From positions 15,748,001-15,812,000 of the forward strand of contig JBHGNT010000013.1 of assembly GCA_043228905.1 (NCBI GenBank): a stretch of 64,000 bases of DNA, given 5' to 3'. Of this stretch, positions 38,101 to 51,331 are shown in pieces; the stretch's first letter is position 1, and each line of letters opens with the position of its first letter. A program made the position numbers and the translations under genes. Origin of the DNA: Azolla caroliniana (Eukaryota > Plantae > Polypodiophyta). The notes under the pieces were generated by a model. The model ran no database searches and was not told the origin of the DNA. It saw only the letters and a program-made list of their open reading frames with translations.

Positions 38101-40627
38101 CGGAAGAGCGACTTCGGGCGTGCGGAGTTCTCGGGCCCAACAAGGAAATCAACGGAGCCGTGGAGGCGGTCTCCTTTGACGATACCTTGGGAATACTGTG
38201 AGGGGTGGTCGGAGAGGGCCTTAAAGGGGACCAGAAGATACCGGTTTGTTCAGAAGAGATGTACGAAGTCATCGCGGACTTCAGTCGAGGGCTCGAGTTG
38301 GATCGGACGGCCCGGGTTAACACGAAGTACAAGACTGTGGACCGGAGGGTAAGGCCAGTCGCGGCACCCTTACCGGAGGGCAGCGAGTTGCGAATCAAGG
38401 GGGTCGCGTCGGACCCTAGTTTACGAGATCCGGCCTGCATAGGGCACGCCTTCACCGACAGAACGCTACGGGAGCTCAAAATCGGTGGGGGCGGGTTCCT
38501 ACTGTAGGCGGAAGAAGACTGGTTTCGGAGAATGCTCGGAAGGCACGGGAAAGCCTTCGCATTCTCACCGGAAGAGATCGGGTGCGTAGACCCGATAGTC
38601 GTGAAGCCGATGGTGATATTCATGGTACCGCATGTGCCATGGAATCTCAAGCCAATTTCGGTACCGAGAGCTCACATCCCGGAGCTGATGGAGCTATTGA
38701 GGCAGAAAGTCGATATGGGCATCCTCGAACCGTCGAGTGCCCCGTACTCGAACCGGTGGTTTACCGTACCGAAGAAGAACGAGACGTTGCGCTTCATTCA
38801 AGACCTGCAACTGGTCAACAGAGTGACCATTCGGAACGCAGGAATCAGACCAACGATAGACGAGTTCGCGGAGGCCTTCGCCGGAAGGTTGATCTACTTG
38901 GTCGGTGATCTGTACTCGGGGTACGATCAGTTCCAACTAGCCATAGAGAGCAGAGACATTATGACGATGCGGACTCCTCTCGGCCTAGTGCGTATGTGTA
39001 CCCTGCCACAAGGAGGGACGAACTCGGTGGCCCACACGGTGAATGCGATGAACAAGGTGCTGAGGGACTGTATCCCGGACATCACCATGCCATTTTTGGA
39101 CGACATCCCGATCAAGGGATGTCCGGTGGAGGAAACGGACGAAACGATCAGACCGGACGGATGCCAGAGATTCGTGGCGACACACATTGACGGCTGCGAG
39201 AGGGTGCTGCAGAGGCTAGAGGACGCAAGGCTCACCTTCTCCGGGGAGAAATCAGTCTTCGGGCAATCAGAGATCATGGTCGTCGGACATCTATGCGGAC
39301 CGTATGGCCGGAAACCGTCTCCGGCTAAGGTGGAAGCCATCTCCGCAATGAAGCCCGACTGTAACTCGGTCACGGAGGTACGCAGGTTCTTGGGAGCATG
39401 CGCGTTCTACCACATATGGATCCCGCATTACGCCCACGTTGCTGAGCCACTATACGGGTTGCTGAAAAAGGGGCAAAAATTCGAGTGGCGAGTTGAGCAT
39501 ACGGAGTTGGTCCGAAAAATGAAGGAGGCTCTTGCTGCAGCTCCGGCACTCCGGAAGGCTGTCTACGAGAAAGGCACCCCCATCTACATAACGGTAGATA
39601 CAAGTCCGACCGGGATCGGATGGGTCGTCAACCAAGAAGATGAGGACGGTATTCGGTTCCCAATCCGGTTCGGCGCGAAGGTCCTCAGCGAGCGACAACG
39701 AGGATACGCCTAGGTTAAACGCGAACTCTGGGGTATCGTTTCGGCGGTAAAGGCCGATAAAGACTATCTAATCGGGACAGAGGTGATTATCGAGACAGAC
39801 TGTCTGCCGATTCTCGGCATGGTTTCCGAATGCGCAACCCTGGACCTGGCAATGCTCAAGTGGATAGCGTACATCAAGTCCCTAGATTCGGAAATACGAC
39901 ACATTTCCGGGAAAGACAATGCCATGGCCGACATGCTTTCAAGGGCACGATTCAACGACGAGGGCGGCATGGTTTCGGAGGACGAAGAAGTCGGCGTGGA
40001 CTTCTTCGAGGCGGCGTACGTGGCGATCGATGGGACGAGCACTCCGGCACTTAACGACTTCGACGAGAGCAGGTACGACGGCGAGTGGCTCCAGATCGGT
40101 GGATTTTTGAGGACAATGACGCCGGATGCGTCATGGACAAAGGACGAGGCCAACCGTATCCGGAAGAAAGCATACCGATTCTTTCTCCGGGACGGATACT
40201 TGTGGAAGCACCCGAAGAAGAGAAACGACATCTCGCTTCGAGTAGTGGCGATGGAGGAGGAACATGAGGAGTTGCTGAAGGCCTACCACGACAGCCCCTG
40301 GGCTAGACACCGTGGGACGTGGGCCACGTTCGAGAAACTAAAGGGGAAGTACTGGTGGTCGGGACTGTACCGGGACGTACATCGGTTCGTGACAACTTGT
40401 GAGAGCTATCAGATGCACTCCATAGTCCGACATCTGGACGAGCTTCACCCTACATACCCTCCGGCCATCCACTTCAAATGGATGGTAGATTTGGTGACGA
40501 TGCCGATGGGCGTAGGGCAGATGCGATATCTGGTGCTGGCCCGGGAGGACCTGACGAACCAGGTGGAAGGCCGAGCCCTGTAGAACAAAACGACCACGGT
40601 CGTGTGTCGGTTCCTAATCGAGGACGT
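35126..40627 (+). mobile_element. Gypsy B: same family, inserted in the RT of A; 5' LTR 35126-35773, gag-pro 35819-37929, pol 37920-40627; 3' end lost
   Basis: LTR TGTCGTGAAG...ACGCGACA; PBS; protease LVDHGSEINLM; RT MPFLDDIPIKG; RH TVDTSPTGIGWV...ETDCLP; IN zinc finger; scattered stops. Interrupted in IN at IEDV by Gypsy C. Confidence 0.92.
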
Positions 40628-41082
40628 TGTCGAGGTTTTCCTCGCGGATGCGTGGAATGAGGCGGGACCTCAGGGGTCCTGTACCGAAGAGCAAGAGAGA
40701 AAGGACAAGAGACCCACTACGTGCGAGCGTAGATTCACAGGGACACGGCCCTTCGACACAAAGACGCGAGTGGGACAGCGACACAGAGAGACACGAATGA
40801 ATGTATGTATTAATCAAAGACAACAACAAGAACACGGAAGCAACAAAAACACAAAGTCGGTTACAACCGAATAGGCCGGCGAACAGATGCCGATGCCTGT
40901 TCGTAAACGCACAGAAAGACAGGAGCAGGTTGGAGGTGCTGCCGGAAGCACTCGGGCATTCCTCAGAGCAGCGCGAGCCTCCCGAAACCTGCACAGAAGG
41001 AAGCTATGGAGTTTTGCGAACCAGAGAGAGAGAGAGAAGCCTTCGCACGCAAGCCGACAACACTTCGTCCTCGACTCTCCGC

Positions 41083-41182
41083 NNNNNNNNNNNNNNNNNN
41101 NNNNNNNNNNNNNNNNNNNNNNNNNNNNNNNNNNNNNNNNNNNNNNNNNNNNNNNNNNNNNNNNNNNNNNNNNNNNNNNNNN
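41083..41182. other. Assembly gap (100 N) flanked by a false duplication: 40317-41082 reappears as 41183-41945
   Basis: The two flanks are identical apart from about three 1-bp deletions, as expected for unmerged overlapping contig ends. Confidence 0.9.
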
Positions 41183-41492
41183 ACGTGGGCCACGTTCGAG
41201 AAACTAAAGGGGAAGTACTGGTGGTCGGGACTGTACCGGGACGTACATCGGTTCGTGACAACTTGTGAGAGCTATCAGATGCACTCCATAGTCCGACATC
41301 TGGACGAGCTTCACCCTACATACCCTCCGGCCATCCACTTCAAATGGATGGTAGATTTGGTGACGATGCCGATGGGCGTAGGGCAGATGCGATATCTGGT
41401 GCTGGCCGGGAGGACCTGACGAACCAGGTGGAAGGCCGAGCCCTGTAGAACAAAACGACCACGGTCGTGTGTCGGTTCCTAATCGAGGACGT

Positions 41493-44400
41493 TGTCGAGG
41501 TTTTCCTCGCGGATGCGTGGAATGAGGCGGGACCTCAGGGGTCCTGTACCGAAGAGCAAGAGAGAAAGGACAAGAGACCCACTACGTGCGAGCGTAGATT
41601 CACAGGGACACGGCCTTCGACACAAAGACGCGAGTGGGACAGCGACACAGAGAGACACGAATGAATGTATGTATTAATCAAAGACAACAACAAGAACACG
41701 GAAGCAACAAAAACACAAAGTCGGTTACAACCGAATAGGCCGGCGAACAGATGCCGATGCCTGTTCGTAAACGCACAGAAAGACAGGAGCAGGTTGGAGG
41801 TGCTGCCGGAAGCACTCGGGCATTCCTCAGAGCAGCGCGAGCCTCCCGAAACCTGCACAGAAGGAAGCTATGGAGTTTGCGAACCAGAGAGAGAGAGAGA
41901 AGCCTTCGCACGCAAGCCGACAACACTTCGTCCTCGACTCTCCGCGATCCCCTCCCCCTTCTCGTCTCCCTCCTTTTATAGGCAAGGAAGGAGTCGTTCC
42001 CCTTTACTTCCTACCCACTAAATCTACCTGCCTAGGATCTTCTATGGACAACATTCGAGAAGAGCCGGTTCCTACGCTCCTGTGCACCGATTCCGCTTGT
42101 GGACGGTTTTCTTCACGACATCCGCCCCCACCTAACCGCGCATCCACCGGCATGCGCCAAATTGAGTTGGGACGGAGAAAACCGGTCCAGCCTTTATTCC
42201 CCGTCCGTCGGTTTTTCTTCGGTTTCGGATCGTTCGTCGTCCCGGTTCAGGTTATCCGGATCTGGCTCATCGTCGTGACGCTTCTTGAATGCTTTGACCC
42301 GCTTCCTAGCTACCGGTATCGCCATTCTCGTGCCGTCGAGTTCCGCCAGATGGTACGTCCCGTTGTCGTTGGCGCTTTGTACCACGTAAGGCCCGAACCA
42401 CCTTCTTGCGAACTTCCGTGTCGCTCGGTGCTGGTTGTCGAGGCTGCTGTCGTAGATTAGCACCCAGTCGCCTTCCTCGATCTTCTTCGGTCGAAGCCGG
42501 TGCGTTCGGTCGAACCGGGCTTTGTTCCTCGTCCTTGCCACCCGAAGCTTTTCCGCAGCCTGCTCCACGTCCTCCGGTCTTCGCTCGAGTTGTCGTATAC
42601 GCGCCGCCAGCAGTTCCTCCCGGCTCAACTCGTCTCTCCAGTCCACGGTTGCCCACGAGGAGATCGTACGTTCCATCGGCATGACTGGCTTCTGCCCAAA
42701 CATGAGTTCTGCCGGCATGAATCCGGTTACCGAACTGTGCGTAGTTCGGTCCGCCCACAACGCGTAAGGCAGCAGCCGCGGCCAGTTCCCGACTTGACCT
42801 CCGCATGCCCGAACTAACGCCTTGACGATCGGTCCGTGTCCGCGCTCCACCTTTCCATTCGCCTCCGGATTGTACGCAGTGGTAAGCGAGAGCTTGACTC
42901 CTAGCCGGTCGAACAACTCCTCGGCCTCTTCGGCGTCCAACTCCCCGCGATCAGCCACGATCTTCCCGACGCACCTGTACCGGCATATCACGTCCTCAAT
43001 CAGGAACCGACATACGACCGCGGTCGTTTTGTTCTGAAGGGCCCGGCCTTCTACCTGGTTCGTCAGATCTTCCCGAGCCAGGACCAGATACCGCATCTGT
43101 CCTACTCCCATCGGCATCGTCACCAGGTGTACCATCCATTTGAAGTGGATGGTCGGAGGGTACGTAGGGTGAAGCTCGTCCCGATGTCAGACTACGGAGT
43201 GCATCTGACAGCTCTCGCAAGTCGTCACGAACCGATGCACGTCCCGGTACAGTCCCGGCCACCAGTACTTCCCCTTTATCTTCTCGAACGTGGTCCACGT
43301 TCCACGGTGTCCAGCCCAAGGGCTGTTGTGGTAAGCCGTCAGCAGCTCCTCCTGTTCTTCCTTCATCGCCACCACCCGGAGCGGGACGCCGTTCCTCTTC
43401 TTCGGGTGCTTCCATAAGTATCCGTCCCGGAGAAAGAATCGGTAAGCTTTCTTCCGGATCCGGTTGGCCTCGTCCTTCGTCCATGACGCATCCGGCGTCA
43501 TTGTCCTCAAAAATCCACCGATCTGGAGCCACTCGCCGTCGTACCTGCTCTCGTCGAAGTCGTTAAGTGCCGGAGTGCTCGTCCATCGATCGCCATGTAC
43601 GCCGCCTCGAAGAAGTCCACGCCGACTTCTTCGTCCTCCGAAACCATGCCGCCCTCGTCATCAAACCTCGCCCTCGAAGCATGTCGGCCATGGCGTTGTC
43701 CTTTCCGAAAATGTGCCGTATTTCCGGGTCCAGGGACTTGATGTACACTATCCACCGGAGCATCGCCAGGTCCGCTGTCGCGCATCCGGAAACCATGCCG
43801 AGAATCGGTAGGCAATCCGTCTCGATAACCACTTCTGCCCCGATCAGGTAGTCTTTGTCGCCTTTACTGCCGAAACGATACCCCGGAGTTCGTGTTTAAC
43901 CTGGGCGTACCCTCGCTATCGTTCGCTGAGGACCTTCGCGCCGAATCGGATCGGGAACCGAATGCCGTTCTTGTCCTCTTGGTTGACGACCCATCCAATC
44001 CCGATCGGACTCGTATCCACTGTTATATATACCGGGGTACCCTTCCCGTAGACAGCCTTCCGGAGCGCCGGTGCTGCCGCAAGAGCTTCCTTCAGCTTCC
44101 GAACTGACTCCGTGTGCTCGTCTCGCCACTCGAATTTTCGCCCTTTCTTCAGCAACCCGTATAGTGGCTCCGCAACGTGGGCGTAATGTGGGATCCATAT
44201 GTGGTAGAATGCGCATGCCCCCAGGAACCTCTGAACTTCCGTAACCGAGCTACAGTCAGTCTTCATCGCGGAGATGGCTTCTACCTTTGCTGGAGACGGC
44301 TTCCGGCCATATGGTCCACATAGGTGTCCGACCACCAGGATTTCTGATTGCCCGAAGGCCGATTTCTCCCCGGAGAAGGTGAGCTCGCATCCTCTAGCCT

Positions 44401-47400
44401 TTGTAGCACCTTCTCGCAGTCGTCGATGTGTGTTGCCACGAATCGTCGGCATTCGTCCGGTCCGAGTGTTGCGTCCCTCTCTTCTACCGGGCACCCTTGA
44501 TCGGAATGTCGTCTAGAAATGGCATGGTGATGTCCAGGATGCAATCCCTCAGTACCTTGTTCATTGCATTCACCATGTGGGCCACCGAGTTGGTCCCTCC
44601 TTGTGGCAGGGTACACATTCGCACTAGGCCGAGGGAGTTCGCATCGTCGTAATGTCTCTGCTCTCCACGGCTAGCTGGAACTGGTCGTACCCCGAGTATA
44701 GATCACCGACCGAGTAATCGACATTTCGGCGAAGGCCTCCGCGAACTCGTCTATGGTCGGTCCGATTCCTGCGTTCCGAATGGTCACTCTGTTGACCGGC
44801 TGCAGGTCCTGAATGAAGCGCAATGTTCCGTTTTTCTTTGGTACGGTAAACCATCGGTTCGAGTATGGCGCGCTCGACGGTTCGAGAATACCCATATCGA
44901 CTTTCTACCTCAGTAGCTCCATCAACTCCGGGATGTGAGCTCTTGGTACCAGAATCGGCTTGAGATTCCACGGCACATGCGGTACCGTGAATATCACCAT
45001 CGCTCCACGATTGTCGGTCTACGCACCCGATCTCTTCCGGCGAAAATGCGAAGGCTTTCCCGTGCCTTCCGAGCATTCTCCGAAACCGGTCTTCCTCCGC
45101 CGGCAGTAGGAACCCGCTCCCACCGATCTTGAGCTCCCGGAGCGTCCCGTCGGTGAAGGTGTGTCCTATGCAGGCCGGATCTCGTAAACTGGGGTCCGAC
45201 GCCACCCCTCTGATTCGGGACTCGCTGCCCTCCGGCAAGGGTGCCACGACTGGCCTTACCTTCCGGTCCACAGTCTTGTACTTCGTGCTAACTCGGGCCG
45301 TCCGATTCAACCCGAGCCCCCGACTGAAGTTCGCGATGACTTCGTAGCATCTCTTCGGACATACTGGTATTGTCCGGTCTTCGTTAAGGTCTTCTCCGGC
45401 TACCTTCCTCAGCATTCCCAAGGTGTCGTCGAAGGAGACCGCCTCCACGGCTCCGCTGATTTCCTCGTCCGGGCCGAGAACTCGCACGCTCGAAGTCGCA
45501 CTTCCGCCCTTGTCTTTTCTCGGCCGACGATGCCGACTATCATACACCCTCCGTTGTTGGAGAAGCAAAATTTCCTACCTATCGTACAGTCGTGGGGTCC
45601 TTCCCGAGTGTCCGGGCTGTCTCGGCCCCACGCCTTGGCAGCCCTCTCTAAAAATCCTCCCGGTTCTCGCCACCGAGGGATTCGCGGTTTCTCTCATGGT
45701 TCGGCCGCACCGTCAGAAATTGCACCGAATGGCGCCCGTCCTGGCTTTTGACCCTCGCGTAGGCCGGACCGTTGTCCAGCACCTTGGTCTCCATTCTCGC
45801 CGCCGTGATGTATGGTTCCCCTAATATGACCGGATGCGAGGACGTCTCCTGTACGAAGAAGTGTTGGTCAATCTCGACGTCGCCGATCTTTACTCGCACA
45901 TTCGGGCAGGCCCCTGCAGTTCCTCGGTGGCGCGCGTCGCCGCCGTATCTTCCACCCGTGCTGGTGTTGATCGGCCACTTTCCCCTCTTATAGAAGTCCA
46001 TGGACATTAGGTTTATTTCCGAACCGTGGTCCACCAACGCCACCACCGGTTCCTGAACATCTCCGATCTTTACCAGGGTCTCCGTGGTCACTCGTGCCTA
46101 GTGTGGCCTCGAATAGTGGCTCTCCGCCCACTCATCTGCCAGCGCCGAGTCGTCGATGTGCGTCGTCCGCACCTCCACCGGTCTTTCCGGTTCCTTCTCC
46201 GTCGACAGCCTCTTCGTTTCACCAAGTCTACAATGGATTCGTGGAACTCCTTCTTGGCGATCCCTAGCCCCTCCCGCAATGACATCTCCACTTTGCTGTC
46301 GAGGATCCGTTCTTCTAGGACCTTTCGTAGGTCCGTAGTCCTTTCTATTTCCGTCCCCAGTCGGTATCCGCCCTTCCTGGGGTTATATTGCGAGCTGGAC
46401 CCACCGGCATCGTTTCGTCGCTGCCCGAATCAGGTCTCGTACCGTTGTGAGGGCCCGACCGCTCCGGCTTTCCCCACTCGTTTGTCTTCTACCAGAGCCT
46501 CGTAGTTCCGGCAGGCGGCTTCTACGAAGCCCGTCTTCTCCTCGACCGGGTCGCTCCACCCGGTTACTTCCCGGACCCGTCTCTCAGCGCGGTCCGTTTC
46601 ATCTTTGCTCAGTCGTGCGCCGGCGAGGCCTTCCAGCATTGCCGACCAGAAACCGTCTTTGCTCTCCTTTCGGGCCTTGTTGCTCCCGACCCGAATACCG
46701 GCCGACGCCAAGTAGTGGATGGCCTCCACATGTCAGGTCGCTGCCTCTTCCATCAGTCTCTTCATACCTCCTCGCCCATCGTTTCGGTTCAGGGCCCTCC
46801 TGGTGTCGCCGGCGTGCACCCGGCCTTCCCACAGGTACACCACCTGGTTTCTCAACGCCTCTGCGAAATCGCCGCAGTCCTTCCGAATGTGGCCGACCTT
46901 GTCGCACCACATGCACCTGTTCCCCGCTGCCGGTCGTCGGTCATGAGCCGGTTCGCCGCCTTCCCTTCGAATCTGGGCGATCTGGAGATCCTTTATCGCC
47001 CGCGTCAACTCCTCCAGCGTTGCCCCTCCGGACGAGCCATTGACCATGCCGGTCGAAGCCGGACCGGTTTCGAGCCATTCCCGGGTTTCTTCCCTTCGCA
47101 CTTGCGGTGCCGGTTCAAGCCTCCTTGCTGTGACAGAGCCCGCACCGGCCGCCCCGTTGTCAGCCCATTCTCGCCGTTTGTCAAAACGGCCACAGACTCT
47201 CTTAACCGCAGCCAGTCGGTTGTCAGCCCGTCTTCGGTTTCCAGCAAGGAGCCGACTTGATCCCTGTCCCGCTCGTCCACCGACTTGACGAACAATAGGA
47301 CCCGGCTCGTATCCAGAATGGTTCGGTCAAGCGCCGAAAGGCGCGCAAAGCGTTCTTCGAACTCCTGGAGGAGTGCCGACGCGTTTCTTCCCTTGCCAGG

Positions 47401-48161
47401 GAACTCCACCCATTCCATGAAGTTCCGTTTCGAAAGCCGGAGCGCGTCGCCCAGCCCGTATTTTTCTAGGAGTCGGCTTCGAACTCCTCCCAGGTACGGC
47501 TCTCCGCCCGCACCTCGAGCACCTCCGCATGGATGCTCGGCATCGCCACTCGAGGAAACCCGGCAAGACGCCTCTCTTCCGGAATGTCCCGCATCAACAT
47601 TTCAGCCCCGTAGGACGCCAAATACTTCGTGGCATCCTTTTCGTTGAACCGGCCGATCGTACCGACGACCGCCTCAATGGCTCTGTCGAGGGCGCCGGTG
47701 CCCTCGCGTGCACTCAATATCCGATCCACGGCCGAAGCCATGGCCTCCGCAAGATCCGACCCTTTCATCTTCTGCTCTTCTGCCGCCTCCTTCACGTCGG
47801 GTTCACCAAAGATGTCGAGGTTTTCCTCGCGGATGCGTGGAATGAGGTGGGACCTCAGGGGTCCTGTACCGAAGAGCAAGAGAGAAAGGACTTCACAGGG
47901 ACACGGCCCTTCGACACAAAGACGCGAGTGGGACAGCGACACAGAGAGACACGAATGAATGTATGTATTAATCAAAGACAACAACAAGAACACGGAAGCA
48001 ACAAAAACACGAAGTCGGTTACAACCGAACAGGCCGGCGAACAGATGTCGATGCCTGTTCGTAAACGCACAGAAAGACAGGAGCAGGTTGGAGGTGCTGC
48101 CGGAAGCACTCGGGCATTCCTCAGAGCAGCGCGAGCCTCCCGAAACCTGCACAGAAGGAAG
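41493..48161 (-). mobile_element. Gypsy C: same family, antisense, inserted in the integrase of B; 3' LTR 41493-42120, internal 42121-47812, truncated 5' LTR 47813-48161
   Basis: Minus-strand gag (CMWCDKVGHIRKDC), protease LVDHGSEINLM, RT, RH, IN (YHNSPWAGHRG...CESC; DRGE; NGKVE; WFGPY), PPT 42121-42135 and PBS 47791-47808. Many 1-bp frameshifts. Confidence 0.92.
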
Positions 48162-49929
48162 GGCATGCGTTTCCCGATCCGGTTCGGCACGAAGGTCCTC
48201 AACGAGCGACAACAAGGGTATGCCCAGGTTAAACGCGAGCTCTGGGGTATCGTTTCCGCGGTAAAGGCCGATAAAGACTACCTAATCGGGGCAGAGGTAA
48301 TTATCGAGACGGACTGCCTGCCAATTCTTGGCATGGTTTCCGGATGCGCGACGCCGGACCTGGGAATGCTCAGGTGGATAGCGTATATCAAGTCCCTGAA
48401 TCCAGAAATACGACACATTTTCGGGAAAGACAATGCCATGGCCGACATGCTTTCAAGGGCGAGGTTCGAAAACGAGGGCGGCATGGTTTCGGAGGACGAG
48501 GAAGTCGGCGTGGACTTCTTCAAGGCGGCTCACGTAACAACCGGCAGGGAATGCACTCCAACGTTTAATGATTTCGACGAGAGCAAGTACGACGGGGAGT
48601 AGCTGTAGGTTGGCGGGTTCCTGAAAACAATGACACCGGACGCGGCATGGACAACGGACGAGGCCAACCAGATTCGGAAGAAAGCCTACCGATTCTTTCT
48701 CCGGGACGGATACATATGGAAGCACTCGAAGAAGAGGAATGACATCCCGCTCCGAGTGGTGGCGAAGAAGGAGGAACATGAGGATTTGCTGGCAGCGTAC
48801 CACGATAGTCCTTGGGCTGGACACCGTGGAAAGTGGGCCACGTTCAAAAAGCTAAAAGGGAAGTACTGGTGGCCGGGACTATACCGGGACGTACATCGGT
48901 TCGTGACGACTTGCGAAAGCTGCCAGGTTCACTCCATGATCCGACACCGGGACGAGCTTCACCCGACCTACCCTCCGACCGTCCACTTCAAATGGATTTG
49001 GTGACAATGCCAATGGGGGTAGGACAGATGCAGTATCTAGTGCTGGCTCGGGAGGATCTAACAAACCAAGTTGAAGTCCGAGCCCTGCAGAACAAGACGA
49101 CTGTAGCCGTATGCCGGTTTTGATTGAGGACGTGGTATGCCGATACGGATGCGTAGGGAAGATCGTGGCTGACCGTGGTGAGTTGGACGCAGAAGAGGCC
49201 GAAGAGTTGTTCGACCGGCTAGGAGTCAAACTTTCGCTCACTACAGCGTACAATCCGCAGGCGAACGGGAAGGTAGAGCGCGGACACGGGCTGATTGTCA
49301 AAGCGCTAGTACAGGCGTGCGGAGGCCAGGTCGGGAACTGGCCACGATTGTTACCTTATGCCTTGTGGGCGGACCGGACTACGCATAGTTCGGTGACCGG
49401 GTTCATGCCGGCCGAGCTTATGTTCAGACAGAAGCCGATCATGCCAATAGAGTGAACGATCTCCTCGTGGGCCACGGTGGACTAGAGGGATGAGATGAGC
49501 CGGGAGGAACTGTTGGCGGCGCGGATTCGACAGCTCGAGCGGAGGCCGGAGGACGTAGAGCGAGCCACAAAGAAACTTCGGGTAGCAAGGATAAGGAACA
49601 AAGCCCGGTTCGACCGAACACACCGGCTTAGGCCAAGGAAGATCGAGGAAGGCGACTGGGTGCTAGTCTACGACAGCAACCTCGACAATCAGCACAGGGC
49701 CACGCGGAAGTTTGCGAGGAGGTGGTTCCGGCCTTATGTAGTAACAGGCACCAACGGCAATGGGACGTACCATCTCGCGGAGCTCGACAGTACAAGAATG
49801 GCGATAGCGGTAGCAGGGAAGAGGATCAAAGCGTTCAAGAAACGACACGATGGGGAGCCGGAGCTAGGGGGCATGGACAACAACGACGAGCAGCCCGACG
49901 CGGAGGATGAACCGGTAAACGAGGAATAA
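48162..49929 (+). pseudogene. Gypsy A pol 3' part (RNase H C-terminal half plus integrase)
   Basis: Resumes at GMRFPIRFG after the deletion junction. IN ends in an acidic tail and is followed by the PPT and the A-type LTR. B already has this region at ~39650, so the segment belongs to A. Confidence 0.85.
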
Positions 49930-50005
49930 AAGCAAGGATCGGTTTTCTCCCGTAGGAACCCAATTTTGGCGCATACCGGTGGATGCGCGGTTAGGTGGGG
50001 GCGGA

Positions 50006-50834
<829 letters not shown>

Positions 50835-51023
50835 ACGGTTTATCTGGCTTGAGCCGGTTTGGTGAGGCTCAAGCCAAGCCGATCCGAGCTCAAACCGTTA
50901 AGGCAAGTTCAAGCCTAAACCGAGCCGAGCCGAGCCGCTAAGCCGCTAAGCCGTTTTCAAGCCGGCTAAGCCAAACGATTTAGGCTTGAGCCGAGCCGTT
51001 GCCAATCCCTATTCGAAGGGGTG

Positions 51024-51331
51024 TGTTGAGAGTCGAACTCAACTTCCCATAGATAGGTTTCACACTAGCTCATGGACATGTTGGGCTAGTTTTATAAATA
51101 GTAGAAAGGGCACTTGCCCTAGCTTAGTTGGTATATAAACCAATGCATTGTAACTTAGTTATTGTTGGATGTTTTAGGTTTGATGTATTTTTGGTTAATA
51201 TACAGTTTTTCTATCTCTGCCTTAAGAGCTCTCTCTCTCTCTCTCTCTCTCTCTGGTTCCTCTCTCTCACACACACACACTCAATCTTCTTCCGCTGCAT
51301 TACAATCACTCTTGCCTCCCATTCCGTTACA
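51024..51331 (+). repeat. Copia-1 3' LTR
   Basis: Begins TGTTGAG right after the reconstituted PPT (TTCGAAGGGGTG); TATAAATA at ~51092; probable end GTTACA at 51331 (alternative ATTACA at 51304); followed directly by Copia-2 gag with no PBS. Confidence 0.72.

Noticed and set aside
32604-38650. Long antisense ORFs shared by Gypsy copies (256, 271 and 274 aa)
   Set aside because: They are reverse-frame shadows of GC-rich coding sequence, in a register where stops are intrinsically rare; no recognisable domain or consistent start.
47529-48602. 357-aa ORF as a novel gene
   Set aside because: Chimera of antisense gag, reversed LTR and RNase H created by the deletion junction.
51024-51331. This LTR as the 5' LTR of Copia-2
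   Set aside because: It does not match the 56055 LTR beyond the first 20 bp, has no PBS after it, and follows the Copia-1 PPT.
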